Shown in pieces: positions 26,136-39,590 of a DNA stretch of 64,000 nt. The position numbers were made by a program, and so were the translations under genes. The DNA is from Octopus sinensis (taxonomy: Eukaryota). The stretch covers positions 42,656,001 to 42,720,000 of the forward strand of contig NC_043008.1 of assembly GCF_006345805.1 (NCBI RefSeq), in the 5' to 3' direction. Each line of letters starts with the position of its first letter. The stretch's first letter is position 1. Under the pieces are notes generated by a model that saw only the letters and a program-made list of their open reading frames with translations, had not been told where the DNA came from and made no database searches.

Positions 26136-26498
26136 ATCAAAATAAGCAACAAGGATATCCAGATGTAATGCAGTACGATCGTTTCATGCAACTCTATTTA
26201 ATTGAACAATGCAATCATTACATCAATTTAAAATGTAGACCAACCTTCAGCTGCACTAATACATAGTATTTAAGTAAATTAGAACAGACGGGCACATTAT
26301 ATCTAAAATCTTGGAGATTTAGGTATAAGTATACTAATGTGTCCAAACGTTCTAATTTAATTAAATTCTATGTCTTTGTGCAGCTGAAGATTTCTCTACA
26401 TTTTAAATTGCTATAATGATTGCATTGTTCAATTAAATGGCGTTGCATGAAACGATCGTACTGCATTACCTCTGGATATCCTTGTTGCTTATTTTGAT
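26136..26498. mobile_element. HHR-tipped fold-back (PLE-like); ~165-bp imperfect arms
   Basis: 26136-26299 is the diverged reverse complement of 26336-26498; each arm carries an outward-reading HHR. Confidence 0.85.
26379..26465 (+). ncRNA. Type-I HHR motif with long helix II
   Basis: TGCAG-CTGAAGA(26384-90)-~58-nt imperfect hairpin-GAAAC GATC GTA-CTGCA; palindrome ACGATCGT; mirror copy on the minus strand at 26169-26255. Confidence 0.65.
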
Positions 26499-26632
26499 TT
26501 TAATCCCCTTACTTTGAAATTGTATGCATAATACCGTACTAAATTCTGGTGCCTTTAACTTAAGTACCATATTCATCTGAATCTAAATTTTTGCTGAACT
26601 CATCTATCATACCCATATATTTATATGTATTC

Positions 26633-26914
26633 TTAGACACCCTTCGGTCATGACAGACCTAGAAATTTACCCTTCCAGGCACAAGACCAGCAGTCCCCCA
26701 TTCATCCCTTCCCACGCCACCGGTTTTATCCAAAGAAAGGCAAAGGTTGATACAGCTTGATATTAGTAACGTCGCAACTCATTTCTACAGCTGAGTTAAC
26801 TGGAGCAACGTGAAATAAGTATATTGCTCAAAAACACAACTCGCAGCCCGGTCCGGGATTCGAACTCACAACCTCACGATCGTAAGCTCGACGCTCTAAC
26901 CACGGAGCCTTCAC
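26633..26914 (-). mobile_element. SINE family S2
   Basis: Head (rc of gggattcgaactcacaacctcacgatcgtaagctcgacgctctaaccac), CORE-like part and body shared with 32470. Confidence 0.9.
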
Positions 26915-26925
26915 AGATATATATC

Positions 26926-26958
<33 letters not shown>

Positions 26959-29223
26959 AATTAGACATACATATTTAGTGTGTGTGGTTACACATATCTC
27001 TATGTGTGCACCTACCTTGCTGTTTTCTGTGTCTTCCTCTCTCTCCCAACTCTCTCTGTCCATCTAACTCTCTCTATTTTTCCTTAGACTTCCTCCTCCC
27101 TCACTCTCTCACTTTCTCTCTCTCTCTCTTCATCTTTGCTATCATTTTCTGTTAAATCGACGAAGCCAACCTCTGTGTAACTAAAAGATTAAACGATATT
27201 TCAGCTGAATAGACATGTAAGATTGTGTACACCTGTAAATCTATCCTTCGGTACCTAAGACTATGGAAAGTGCTTTGATACAATTCTATGTGTACTTTAT
27301 CGAAATCTCATTACTCTGAACGTTTCACGTGTGGTCAACAATCACTGTAAACGCTAACGTTTACTTCTAATGCAATTTTTTTTTTCCTGTATATTCAAAA
27401 GCCTGTTCCAATATTCATTAGTCTCCTGTGATCATCGATCTTCATTTGTATGGACGCTGGTTTAAGACATATTTCTCTCGTCTTCGCTCCTCTCAGCGTT
27501 TCATATTTAATTCGTTTGGATTACATTTCATCACTGACAGAATCCAAAGAATGGTTTCATTTAAGCTCTGGTTTCATGTTCTTATTTATTCTGTTATACA
27601 ATTTCCTTCCTTAGCCTGAATCAATCGCCTTAAGTGTTGCTTTATGTGATAGATCTATAGAATTGTCTATCGATCCCTTACAAGGATCTAAACATTGATG
27701 AAATGTTCTTAACCAAATGGGTTTTATCATATTGAAATGAAATCTACCCATAGTTGCAATGGGAATTGAAAGTACATTTTGCTTTGCGACTAATACTCAA
27801 AGATCTATTCTAGAATATCCTTTGTTTGTATTATCTTCAGCTGCACAGAGTGTCGCCTTTGGCATTGATATTGTTTAACCATGGGTCTGTCTGGATGGAA
27901 TATGTAGACCTACGATCAACTCCTGTCAAAATATTGTCATCCAGTTTTTGATTCAGGCAATGGGTCTCAACTGGGGTCCATATCACATTTGGGAATCCCT
28001 TTAAGATTTCATTATTCAAACTGTATCTACAAGAAATTACTTCCATATCTACAGTCATCAAAATATATTCGCAATCTTTTTATACAATTCCATATAATAT
28101 TTAATTATCAAAATATAATAGGTTGTTTTTATACAGGATCCATTCGAATAAAAACTGAATCAAAGCGAGCATTAGATATCTCACCTTCCTCTGGAATAGT
28201 TTCGAATGATTTGAAAATTTCGTTACTAGTTCTTGCAGGGACTTTTGCGGTCTCAAACTAGTTAACAGTAACCTCAACGCCTTTCAAATTAAATTCATAA
28301 ACGTTTTACAATATCTGTTTTTGCATTTGATATAATTACACCAGATAGGCACACTTAAAATGTACAAATATAGAGGTCATTGCCTCCAGTTTAACCTATT
28401 ATTCAAAATCGACCTTTTGTCATTTCGTGATTCTCGAAAGAATCGGTTAATGACATATAAACATATATACAACATGTATATATGTATATATGTAAATATA
28501 TATGTGTGTGTATGCCCGGGTGAATGAGTGTGTGTGAGAATGTATGTATATCTATATTTATGTATATGTCTATCTATATCTATATCTATCTAGCTATATA
28601 TATACATGCAAATGTATATTTATACATATATGTATATGTGTATATATAAGTGTTTGTGTGTATGTATGTATATAATTTACACATTTCAAGATTTTCTTTT
28701 TGAAGTTTACTATTAGTATGTGGGTAATTTCCAGCAATATCTCAAGAGGTAAAACAACAAACGCTACAATAACGAATGCAAGAAGAGATCAATAAAAGAC
28801 TGACGTCACAAATGTATTTTTATCTTTTGGAAACGGATCTAACTTTAGTGCTTCAACTTGTGTACAATTAGAGGAATTAAGAAAAGAAATACTTTGTGAA
28901 AAATCCAGAAAAAAATATTCGTGTTTCGAGTTGCGTGTTGCATGTGTTACGGAAGTTGGAAAAGTATTAGCGGTGTGTGCAGTTGAAATAGGAAACCTTT
29001 CTTACATAATGCTTACATGAGAGCGTTAAATCAATAGTGTATCGAATACACATACATAGCAAACACATAGACACTCACACACACCTAGAAACACGTACGT
29101 ACACTCGCTATGCTTACAACAGTTGAATAATTTCCTTTTACAATTTGTACAAGTGTGTTACTCTTAGTTTATGTGTGTTTATGCAGACGAGGAGATACAA
29201 GTATTGTAGAAGATTACCACGCC

Positions 29224-29286
<63 letters not shown>

Positions 29287-29491
29287 CAGTTGTTTTTACG
29301 TTCACTTATAATAAAAACAATCTGAATCTAATTTAAAGGGTTACTATATACATTTGTATAGGAAAATTTAATATTCTTAAGCGAGAATATTATTGTGAGT
29401 GACTTCGAAATTCCAGCCGAAGTCTGTCCTTGCAATAGGCAATATGACAACATTTGCCCGCCATTTTCAGTACCAATAAAACAAGTCAAAT

Positions 29492-30082
29492 GAGGACGGC
29501 GAGCTGGCAGAAACGGGCGAAATGCTTAGCGCTATTTCGTGTGCCGTTACGTTCTGAGTTCAAATTCCGCCGAGGTCGACTTTGCCTTTCATCCTTTCGG
29601 GGTCGATTACATAAGTACCAGTTACGCACTGGGGTCGGTATAATCGACTTAATCCGTTTGTCTGTCCTTGTTTGTCCCTTCTGTGTTTAGCCTTTTGTGG
29701 GTTGTAAAGAAATAGGTATTTCGTGTGCCGTTACGTTCCGAGTTCAAATTCCGCCGAGGTCGACTTTGCCTTTCATCCTTTCGGGGTCGATTACATAAGT
29801 ACCAGTTATGCACTGGGGTCGATATAATCGACTTAATCCGTTTGTCTGTCCTTGTTTGTCCTCTCTGTGTTTAGCCCCTTGTGGGTAGTAAGGAAATAGG
29901 TATTTCGTTTGCCGTTACGTTCCGAGTTCAAATTCCGCCGAGGTCGACTTTGCCTTTCATCCTTTCGGGATCGATTAAAGAAGTTCCAGTTACACACTGG
30001 GGTCGATGTAATCGACTTAATTCCTTTGTCTGTCTTTGTTTGTCTCCTCTATGTTTAGCCCCCTGTGGGTAGTAGAGAAAGA
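29492..30082 (+). mobile_element. SINE family S1, head plus three tandem 184-bp units
   Basis: tatttcgt unit starts at 29533, 29717 and 29901; high identity between units. Confidence 0.95.
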
Positions 30083-30354
30083 GATAAAAATAAGTGAAAT
30101 AAGAGCGTTTTTCTAAGCGAGTGAACATCTTCCTAACCAAGGAATAAAACGATACCAATGATCCCTGCTTTGTTCCCCCTTTTTTACCTGCTTTTCTTTC
30201 CCCTTTACCTTTAGTTATTTGTCGAGGGATTGCAGACCGAAGTTCATAAATTTGCTTCGTCACGTCCTTAGAGCATAAAATCCATTCTCCTGCTCAAACT
30301 ATTTTTGCTTTGGTTGCTTTTAATATCTCGGAAATCTTTTTAAATATTAACATC

Positions 30355-30540
30355 CATACTGCAAAGGGTGAAGCAGTTTGGAACCAGTGACATCGCAACT
30401 CATTTCTAGAGATGAGTAAAATGGAGCAACGTGAAATAAAGTCACTTGTTCAAGACAACACCCATCCCGGTCCTGGAATCGAATGCACGAACTCACGTCT
30501 CTAAAACCTATCTTCTTTTCACTGAGCCATAAGCTTTCAT
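30355..30540 (-). mobile_element. SINE family S2, partial
   Basis: gtgacatcgcaactcatttcta...ggagcaacgtgaaataaag...cccggtcctggaatcgaa. Confidence 0.8.
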
Positions 30541-31974
30541 ATAAATATGTGTGTGTGTGTGTATGTGCGTATGTATACATACATGTATAAATATATAAAT
30601 ATGTGTATGTATATATAGATATATATAGAGACATAAATGCGTGAGTGTGTGTATGTACTTGTGTATATATGGAAGTACTTATGTGTGCATGCACGTGTGC
30701 GTGCATGAGAATGTGTAGTCAGAAACGGTGATAGTAGAAGATGGAATTATATATTCCATCAAGTTTGTCGTTATCAATAAACATAAATTTTACATGGCAT
30801 AAATTTTGCCAAAAGCTATTAATTTCACGCCTAAATGCTCTGGAAAATATAAAGTTGTTAAAATTAAATTAGACCAAAAATTTTCAAATGGTCACGAGAT
30901 AACATTTACATAAAAAATAATCTGTTATCGTTTTCTGAATACGTGTGCGTGTGTGCTTGTGTGCGTTCGTGTGTGTGTGTGTGCGTACGTGTGTGTGTGT
31001 GTGCGTGTGTGTGTGTGCGTGTGTGTGTGTGCGTGTGTGTGTGTGTGCACACGTACGTGCGTTAGTGTGTGTATTTGTGCCTGAGCTTTACTTAGGTTCT
31101 TGAAAGTGTTCAAGCCTGTGGCAAAGAAAGTGACAACACGTTTTTCGTTAAGTGAGTTGCCGGTGTTTGTAAATAGGAGGTCAATTTGGTATGTTGGTTG
31201 AGCTGTCGTTGCACACAGCCAAGTGTGGTCATCTATTCACCTAAAGAATCTCAAGTAGAGTGTCTTTGGAATGTCATACAAATTTTCAGTGTGTCGCTAA
31301 TAGATTGGATTTAGAGAACCCGCGTTAATTTCTTTTACCTTTTCTCCGTGAAACCGAATATTTCTAGACTTCTGTGCAAATTTCTTAGTACGTAAAAATT
31401 TGTGTACCTAAAATGGTAGGTAAAGATTAGAAGTGATAGTCAAGTTAAAAGAGCTGTATGTTTCGCATTAATTCCCGGTAAATATCTTTTTCCTGGACAT
31501 TTGATTGAACATTCACGCCCGCTGGGCAGCTGACCTCCACAACAACACATTCTTCCCCCCCCCCCAATTCCAGTGTACAATATCAGGTCTGTTATGTTTT
31601 GAATTATGTATGTATGTATGTATGTATGTATGTATGTATGTATGTATGTGCGTGTGTGTTGGGATTAAACGTAACGTTAACTTTCGTTATACTATGACAT
31701 TCTTTTGTGATACTTGGTGATAGAGACGGAGTTTCATTTTAACGTTATCTTACGGACAACTGCGTTGTGCGTATTGCGCATTATCACATACATACATACA
31801 TACATTATCATATACATACACACATACAAATAATGAGAACGACAACGCATTGGTGTATAAATATTCTTTATTTGGTGCTCGAATAAACAATACTCTTATG
31901 AGAAGATCTATTCACATGAAACCAGTGGTTGCCTTGCTGATTCACAAATAAATTGTACATGTTTATATATATGT

Positions 31975-32124
31975 TTAGAGAGGGAGAGAGAGGGAGAATT
32001 CACAAAAAAAGACGAAGACAGGTGGTGTATTAGTATAACGCTCGGGAAGCGAAAAAGTCTTTAACATTTCGAGCCTGAAAGAAACAAGGAGAGAAAATAA
32101 AGAATGCGTAGTGGCTAGCGATCT
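31975..32124 (-). mobile_element. HHR-bearing repeat family A, copy with the 5' half of the HHR deleted
   Basis: gacgaagacaggtggtgtattagtataacgctcggg...ttaacatttcgagcct|gaaagaaacaagg. Confidence 0.75.
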
Positions 32125-32387
32125 ATATATGCAGTGAGGAGGAATTTGAAATTTCTTTGCAATACACTTTATGTGCATGTTAAATTTTACTCTCAACTTT
32201 CCATATACTTACACAAATAGCAAATTACTTGTTGTCACAAAGTTGCAGGTGTTGTCGTACATTATACAAACACCGATTAAATAACTGAATAAAATTGCAT
32301 GAAACTTCTAGTATTGAACACTTGAACTTTATTGAGAGAAGATACACCCACAAACTCACATAAACACACCATACACACACACACACA

Positions 32388-32451
<64 letters not shown>

Positions 32452-32469
32452 ATATATATATATATATAT

Positions 32470-32773
32470 TGGGGACCCCTTCGGTCATGACTGACCGTGG
32501 GTTTGCACCTAGAATGTTACCCTCCGAGGCACAAGTCTGGGCAAGATTGTTTATGGAAGACCAGCAGTCGCCCATGCATACCGGCCTCCCCTCTCCACGC
32601 CACCAGTGTTATCCAAGGGAAAGGCAAAGGAGCCGATACAGCTTGGCACTGTGACGTCGCAGCTCATTTCTACAGCTGAGTGAACTGGAGCAACGCAGCC
32701 CGGTTCGGGATTCGAACTCACAACCTCACGATCGTAAGCTCGACGCTGTAACCGCTGAGCCATGCGCCTTCAC
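32470..32773 (-). mobile_element. SINE family S2, young copy with CORE-like segment deleted
   Basis: GC/CpG-rich; intact A/B boxes; ggagcaacg joins directly to cagcccgg compared with the 26633 copy. Confidence 0.9.
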
Positions 32774-32818
<45 letters not shown>

Positions 32819-32878
32819 GTTAAGGACCATATTCATGTGAATTCTTTAGAATTCACTAGAATCTCAATTACTTAACCG

Positions 32879-32924
<46 letters not shown>

Positions 32925-33769
32925 ATGATAGATAGATAGATTTTACTATCGCTCGAGGAGAGGCTTATAATCATATGCTTCTTCATTTCCACATCTGGAC
33001 CTTGTGTTGCGTCGTATCCTTCGGCAAAGCACTTCATTTCGTTTTATTTCAATTTTCTCGGCTGATGATCGGTACCAACCTACTGATTATACAGACAACA
33101 CCCATTCTAATTTTCACATGCTCGAAGTTTCCTCAGTTCAAAGTTTAGGAGGATTGAAAGAATACCTGTGTTTACCTGCAAGAACAACTGCGAATATAAA
33201 TACATGCAAATTATCATACAGAACACTTGAATTCCATTAAAAGAAAATATACACACACACACGAACATACTGCATATCTCTACCCACATTCACTGTCAAT
33301 ACACATACAACATCAATACTGAAACTTAAAATCCACCTATATATTCCACAGCGTATTCTAATTTTAAATTTCAATTAATATTTCAAGACGGTCTCGTCAA
33401 GTATACCTTCACGTCATATTTTCTCGGCGATATTTAAAAAGTTTAAGAAATGAAAATTTTTTTTTTTTACCTTTGTTTGAATATTAAAGACTCGATATAT
33501 ATTTTTTAATCAATATACCTTCTTCGATGTTTATGCATTGTGTAACTAAATTTATCGAAGAATTCAGGGAAATTTCTTTTCTTCAGCTTCGTAATTATTG
33601 TTGTAAATATTTTTACAGCATTTATACCGGTGTAGGTCATGTATTATTCAACACATCTCTAAACGTCTGCCAGTGTTTAGCAACAGATTCAAGCAAAACA
33701 GATTACGAACACACATAAGCACACTTGCACACACAAATAAAACCATCCAAGAAAATATGTCCACATATA

Positions 33770-33862
33770 TATATATAAATATATATAATATATATATATA
33801 TACACGTATATATATGCATATATATATATATATATATGTGTATATATATATATATATGTATG

Positions 33863-33949
<87 letters not shown>

Positions 33950-34330
33950 ATATATATATATATATTACGCGTGCATATATATGTATACGTGAGAATCGTT
34001 CCTGAATAGAATTTCAGAAAATGCTGATGGAAATTTGTCTAGTAGAATCATAAGACGAGGTTAATTGTTCAATCGAAGTGTAGCACTCTGTAATAACATA
34101 TTGCAGAGATCTAGGCATATAATTATCACGCTCTACAATGCAAGGAGGCAGGCGTTGATTGGATGCAACGCAGAGACGCCGTCATCTCTGCATTCAGCAG
34201 CAGCCGAACAAGTGAATATATTATGAGAAAAAGAACAAAAAATATATGCGTGAGTGTATAAATATACATATATATATCTATGCATATATACATATACATG
34301 AATATATATATATATATATATATACATATA

Positions 34331-34384
<54 letters not shown>

Positions 34385-34509
34385 CTGTGTATATTTATAT
34401 ATATGTGCATACGTATATATATGCAGTTATATATATATGAGCATATATATGTATATACATGCAGATAATATATATGTATATATATAATATACATATATAT
34501 ATATATATA

Positions 34510-34566
<57 letters not shown>

Positions 34567-34677
34567 GTATATATATGCATATATATTATATATATATATA
34601 TATATGCATATATATATGTGCATATATATATATTTACATATATATATGCATATGTATATATATATATATATATATAA

Positions 34678-34715
<38 letters not shown>
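33770..34715. repeat. Two long (TA)n/(TACA)n microsatellite blocks (33770-33970, 34260-34715)
   Basis: Direct. Confidence 0.9.
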
Positions 34716-34999
34716 TGCACTTTACGGCCAGTTGCTATGAATAATTAATGGAAATTGCTGTAACCTTTGAAGTTTGAGGATTTCATAATCCTATTACTAA
34801 GACTTCTACAATTAATTCTAACTGCTCAGCTTGAGATCTTGGCTGCTCTTGGTTGAGCTATTGTAGAATGGGTTCAACACAGAGTGATGTGATTCTGCAC
34901 ACATTTGAGTGGCGGAGATGGTGGGGGGTCAGAAGTTACATCGTTGCAGGTATACATAACTAGGTGTATGCATTTGTGCTTATCAATTCATGTGTCTGT

Positions 35000-35414
35000 A
35001 TATTTTTAATTTAATTTTATTTTTTTGGCTCAAAAAGCAAAAGCAAGGCCATGTAGGGGGACATGGAGTTTTTTACCGGGAGGGTGTTCATACAAAGAGT
35101 TCAGGCCACTTCTGGTCAAGAGCGACTTTGAACCGCGCGGTCGTCGGCATCTTCACTATCTCGTCCGGCAGCTTATTCCACGGATCCGCAACCCGGACGG
35201 AGAAAGGCCCTCTCCTTCGATTGAGATGAAATCATCGTAGATAGAGCTTTTGGGAGTGACCCCGCAGCCCACGCTCTGGAGCAGGAGTGATGAACAGCTC
35301 TTTCGAGAGGTTGCACTTTCCGCTTATGATGTTGTGAGCGAGAATGAGATCACCACGGCGTCGTCGTTTATCGAGAGAATAAAGGTCGAGCGTCTTCAGC
35401 CTTTCTTCATATCT
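35000..35414 (-). mobile_element. Young 5'-truncated CR1-clade LINE 3' end
   Basis: RYEERLKTLDLYSLDKRRRRGDLILAHNIISG...GLRGHSQKLYLR*FHLNRRRGPFSVRVADPWNKLPDEIVKMPTTARFKVALDQKW is the classic CR1 C-terminus; the single stop is CGA>TGA-like; tail gagccaaaaaaataaaattaaatt. Confidence 0.92.
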
Positions 35415-35471
35415 ATCACTCACTCTCCCAATCTACCTATCTTTCTATCTATCTATTTATCTATCTATCTA

Positions 35472-35524
<53 letters not shown>

Positions 35525-36763
35525 GTCTGTCTCTCTATTTATATTTTTATCTGTTATCTTTTACTTGTTTCAATCATTAGACGATGTCCATGCTGATATT
35601 CATAATAGAAAATCAGAAACGTCAAATTTGGACCCGTCGAATTCTAAGATAAAAACTAAAAAAAGACGTCAGAAGTACATAGATTTTCCTTTTAGTAAAC
35701 ATATTGTGATAATTTGTTCTTGGAGTGATGTCTATTTTAAACAAAAGGATCTTGTTCAATCACGTACGGGCGTACAGGATACACCCATAACAATATCTCA
35801 AGGCCAAGCGAAACGAATCACCTCGAAAACAGTGGATTCCGATATTCTGTCGTTATTTCAGCTCATCCGCACTTTATAATCGAGTTACCCTCGAAATAAA
35901 TTCGAATCGCCTGTCTGAGGTGTATTCGGATAGTATATGTATGTATATGTATGCGCGTATACGTGTGTGAGCACGTATAGGTGGTGCTTGTGTGTGTTTG
36001 CGTGCGCGTTTTTGTGCGTACGTGAGTGTGTGTATTTGTGTGCGTACGTGAGTGTGTGCATATATGTAAATATATTGATGATGAATATATACAATTTGCA
36101 AGCTCAATGAAACCTGTTTCTCTGCATAAAGTGATTTTATAGAGCGCGGAATAATTACAAACATAAATTTATGTTAACAGTTGTAACATACTGAAATATA
36201 AAAATGGTTCACATGAAAAGTCTATCGGAAATACACAATGTCTAGACTTTATGCATATATTAATATATTCGCCTTCGAATACGACTTTGAGTTTCAAAGT
36301 GTCCACTATAGAAGAATAAAACTGTTATGACATCCTCAGCCGGTTGTAAGCGATGCAAACTGGGATAAAACGAAAACTGAAAGGATAGGATATTAATTGA
36401 CATTTGAGTCTCATTAGTGTACAAAATATTTCATAAGAATGCCCGACTCTTCAAAATAAGTTAATAGTTACACATAATGTGGCAGTTGAAAACATCACAA
36501 TTCAAAGGTACGTTTTATATACAGGAGAAATATCTATTATATAAATAAAACGATTATGAAACAGCTGTATACAAATGGTGCACACTTCTAGTCTCTCACT
36601 TCGCTTCGATCATCTGTTTAGCTAAAATATTCTCCACCATTGTAATTCGTGGATTGCCACACGATGGACTGCCCCAGGCTTAACTACGGTACATCTTGTT
36701 AGTCCTGTATTGACGGAGAGCTTCATGTAAGCTTTCTTTGATTTATTGAATACTTATATATAC

Positions 36764-36834
<71 letters not shown>

Positions 36835-36839
<5 letters not shown>

Positions 36840-37016
36840 GAAGAGTTCAGGAAGAAAACAAAAGACGAAGACAGGTGGTGTAGAAAAGAAACAGGTGTAT
36901 TAGTATAACGCTCAGGAATTGAAAAAGTCTTTAACGTTTCGAGCCTACGCTCTTCTACAGAAAGGGACACAGTAAGAAACAAGGAGAGAAAAAAATGTGT
37001 GTAGTGGTTACCGATG
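36835..37016 (-). mobile_element. HHR-bearing repeat family A
   Basis: Minus strand CTTT-CTGTAGAA-GAGC gtag GCTC-GAAACGTT-AAAG at 36927-36964. Confidence 0.8.
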
Positions 37017-37079
37017 TACATATCTATACATATCTATAAATATATGTATATACACACATACATATCTCTCTCTCTCTCT

Positions 37080-37115
<36 letters not shown>

Positions 37116-37424
37116 GTGTGTATATATATATCTGTGTGTATGTGTGTGTATATGTGTGTACATACAGTGAGAGAGAGAGTGGGAAAGATATCTATCAGTA
37201 GATAGATATATGTGTGTGTGTGTGTGTGTGTATGTAAATATGCCTTACTATTTTTTTATAACTTTCCATTTACCAATGACGACAATGTTTTCATTGCTTA
37301 TTCTTCATTTTGTTTTTCATATCCCTTTACTTTTTGGTAGATATAGACTGATCGATAGATAACAGATCAATATTAGCAATGTTTCAAAGAATATCGAGGA
37401 TTTGAATTCAACTCGTATGGAACT

Positions 37425-37439
37425 ACTACTACTACTACT

Positions 37440-37477
<38 letters not shown>

Positions 37478-37617
37478 TTACTACTGCTGCTGCTACTACT
37501 ATTAGTAATAATAATAATAATAATAATTATTATTATTATTATTATTATTATGCAACTACCTTGCATTAATTTGTGTACGTAAATGAATATACATACATAT
37601 ATGTATATATATATATT

Positions 37618-37651
<34 letters not shown>

Positions 37652-37700
37652 TGTATGTATGTATGTATGTATGAATGTATACTTGTGTGTGTATGTAGGT
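37425..37700. repeat. (CTA)n-(AAT)n/(TTA)n-(ATGT)n compound microsatellite
   Basis: Direct. Confidence 0.9.
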
Positions 37701-38720
37701 AGGTAGGTGTGTATATTCCATCGTGGCAAAATTGTATTAACATTTAGCGTCATGTTTTATACTTATATGGAGATAGATGAACAGTGATAATAACCGGTTT
37801 TACGACATGGAATATATGAGAGATCTAAAGGAAATAATAAACACCTGGAAACAATGTGTGGATTTTTTAAATAGGAAACTACGTAATAACTGCATCAGGA
37901 AGAAGAACATTTTAGGTGCATCACGGTGTTTTGGTGCATCGAACATATTTCACATCGATCGAAATGCATTAAAACCGAACCCTTCGCTTCACTTCGGTTA
38001 TTACGTTAAATTCATAATTATATAAAATTTCCTGTTTGCAATGAATTTATTTTTAATGCCTTTTTTATTTTATGTCATTATTATTTTTCTTGTTTTTTTT
38101 TTCTTGTAAGAAATTACTTTTAAAACTAATTTTCTGTTTTCAGAAAATATTTTGCAAAAAGATTTTGGTGGAAGGAAAATGACACAGAATGTGAAAAAAA
38201 AATTATTGTTTTTTCTTCTGTATACAAATGTGTACTTCGTTCGGTCAAAAAGAATTTTAATATAAATTAATATTTTCAGTCGTTTCAGGAGATATCGTAT
38301 ACGACGTTCTTATTGTTGTTGTTGCAATTATTATTGTTGTTGCTACATAACTCTAGCTAAAATTCGGTGGTGCTGAGTTATATTAAAATGTTTCCTATCG
38401 TTCAAGATGCCTTGAAAATATGTAAAAGAATCAAAAACCGCAACAATATTATAATGCAGCACATTTTCCCCCATCTTCCTCAAACGAATATTTCAGAGGG
38501 TCTTGATGGTACTCTGCGAATTAATGAAGATATATCTCTCCAAGTATCAGGTCGTGCAACCGCAAAGAGGGTTAATCGTTGGCTTGTTGTTTATGTCTTT
38601 CTAAGCTGACAAATCTTATCCCGAGACAGGAATAAATCCTAAAATTTTCTCGTACATGGAAACCTAAGGTCTTCGGCACTTTAATAAACCATATGATGAC
38701 AAAAGAAATTCTTGCATGGC

Positions 38721-39045
38721 GCAGAGTCGGGTGCGTGGTAAGAGGTTTTCTTCCTAACCACATGGTTCAAGGTTCAGTCCCACTGCATTGCAACTTGAAC
38801 AGGTGTCTTCTATAGACGCGGGGCGACCGAAGCCGGGTGACACTTTATTTCACGTTTCTCCAGTTCACTCGTGTGTAGAAATGAGTTGCAACGTCACTGG
38901 GGGCCAAGCTGTATCAGCCCCTTTGCCTTTTCCTTGGATAACATCAGTGGCATGAAGAGAAGAGGCTACAACCTAGCCTGGACTTCTGCCTTGGTGGGGA
39001 ACTGTCTAGGTGCAATGCCAAGGCCATTCATGTCCGACGTAGGGC
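38721..39045 (+). mobile_element. Chimeric SINE: S3 head joined to S2 body
   Basis: 38721-38834 matches the 49224 head; from ~38835 gacactttatttcacgtttctccagttcactc...gtagaaatgagttgcaacgtcac...gctgtatcagcccctttgcc matches the S2 body. Confidence 0.75.
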
Positions 39046-39553
39046 GGGGCGCCTCCCTCTGTATATGGTTACCTAAATATGTATCTGTGTATTCATGAAT
39101 ACGGATTTATGTATGTATATATGCATGCACATGTGTATATATACGTGAGTGTATACATGCAGGTATTTTCTCGGTGGCATATAAAGCGACTGCTACCTAC
39201 CTTTCTAGTTTATAGGTGATTTATATAACAAATACTCGTCATGTTAGAAGTAACTGATATTTTGTATGGCTGGTGATTTGAATAATCTACAAGGAATGTA
39301 GATGTCCCACGAGGTAAATTATTGTAAACATTCCATACATTTTTTATGTGGAATATTTGCGGTCCAGTCACTACGATACTTTAATTTACTAAAACACGTT
39401 CTCATAGCACTGACTAACAGCTCTATCGAGACATTCTGTGATTAAAAAGCTTGCTAAGATAACAATAGCTGTAGACTAATTACATGTGCGTTTTACATAC
39501 ATACACACATTCATTTACATACATACATATCTACATATATCTACATATATCTG

Positions 39554-39590
<37 letters not shown>

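Noticed and set aside
27957-27995. caatgggtctcaactggggtcc resembling a hAT-type TIR
   Set aside because: No partner TIR or 8-bp TSD found in the window.
28186-28258. Possible minus-strand micro-exon (actag|...GAAG|gtgaga)
   Set aside because: Weak polypyrimidine tract and no recognisable peptide.
29533-30082. Regularly spaced repeats resembling a CRISPR-like array
   Set aside because: Units are full 184-bp SINE bodies with no unique spacers, in a eukaryotic context with no cas genes.
35581-35879. Open frame after a possible acceptor (tcattag|ACGATG) within ORF 35250-35879
   Set aside because: The ORF length is inflated by an antisense CR1 segment and a (TCTA)n tract; no good donor and no recognisable domain.
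37777-38025. 82-aa ORF with FYDMEY...WKQCVD reminiscent of a mariner C-terminus
   Set aside because: Similarity limited to a few residues; no TIR or catalytic motifs nearby.
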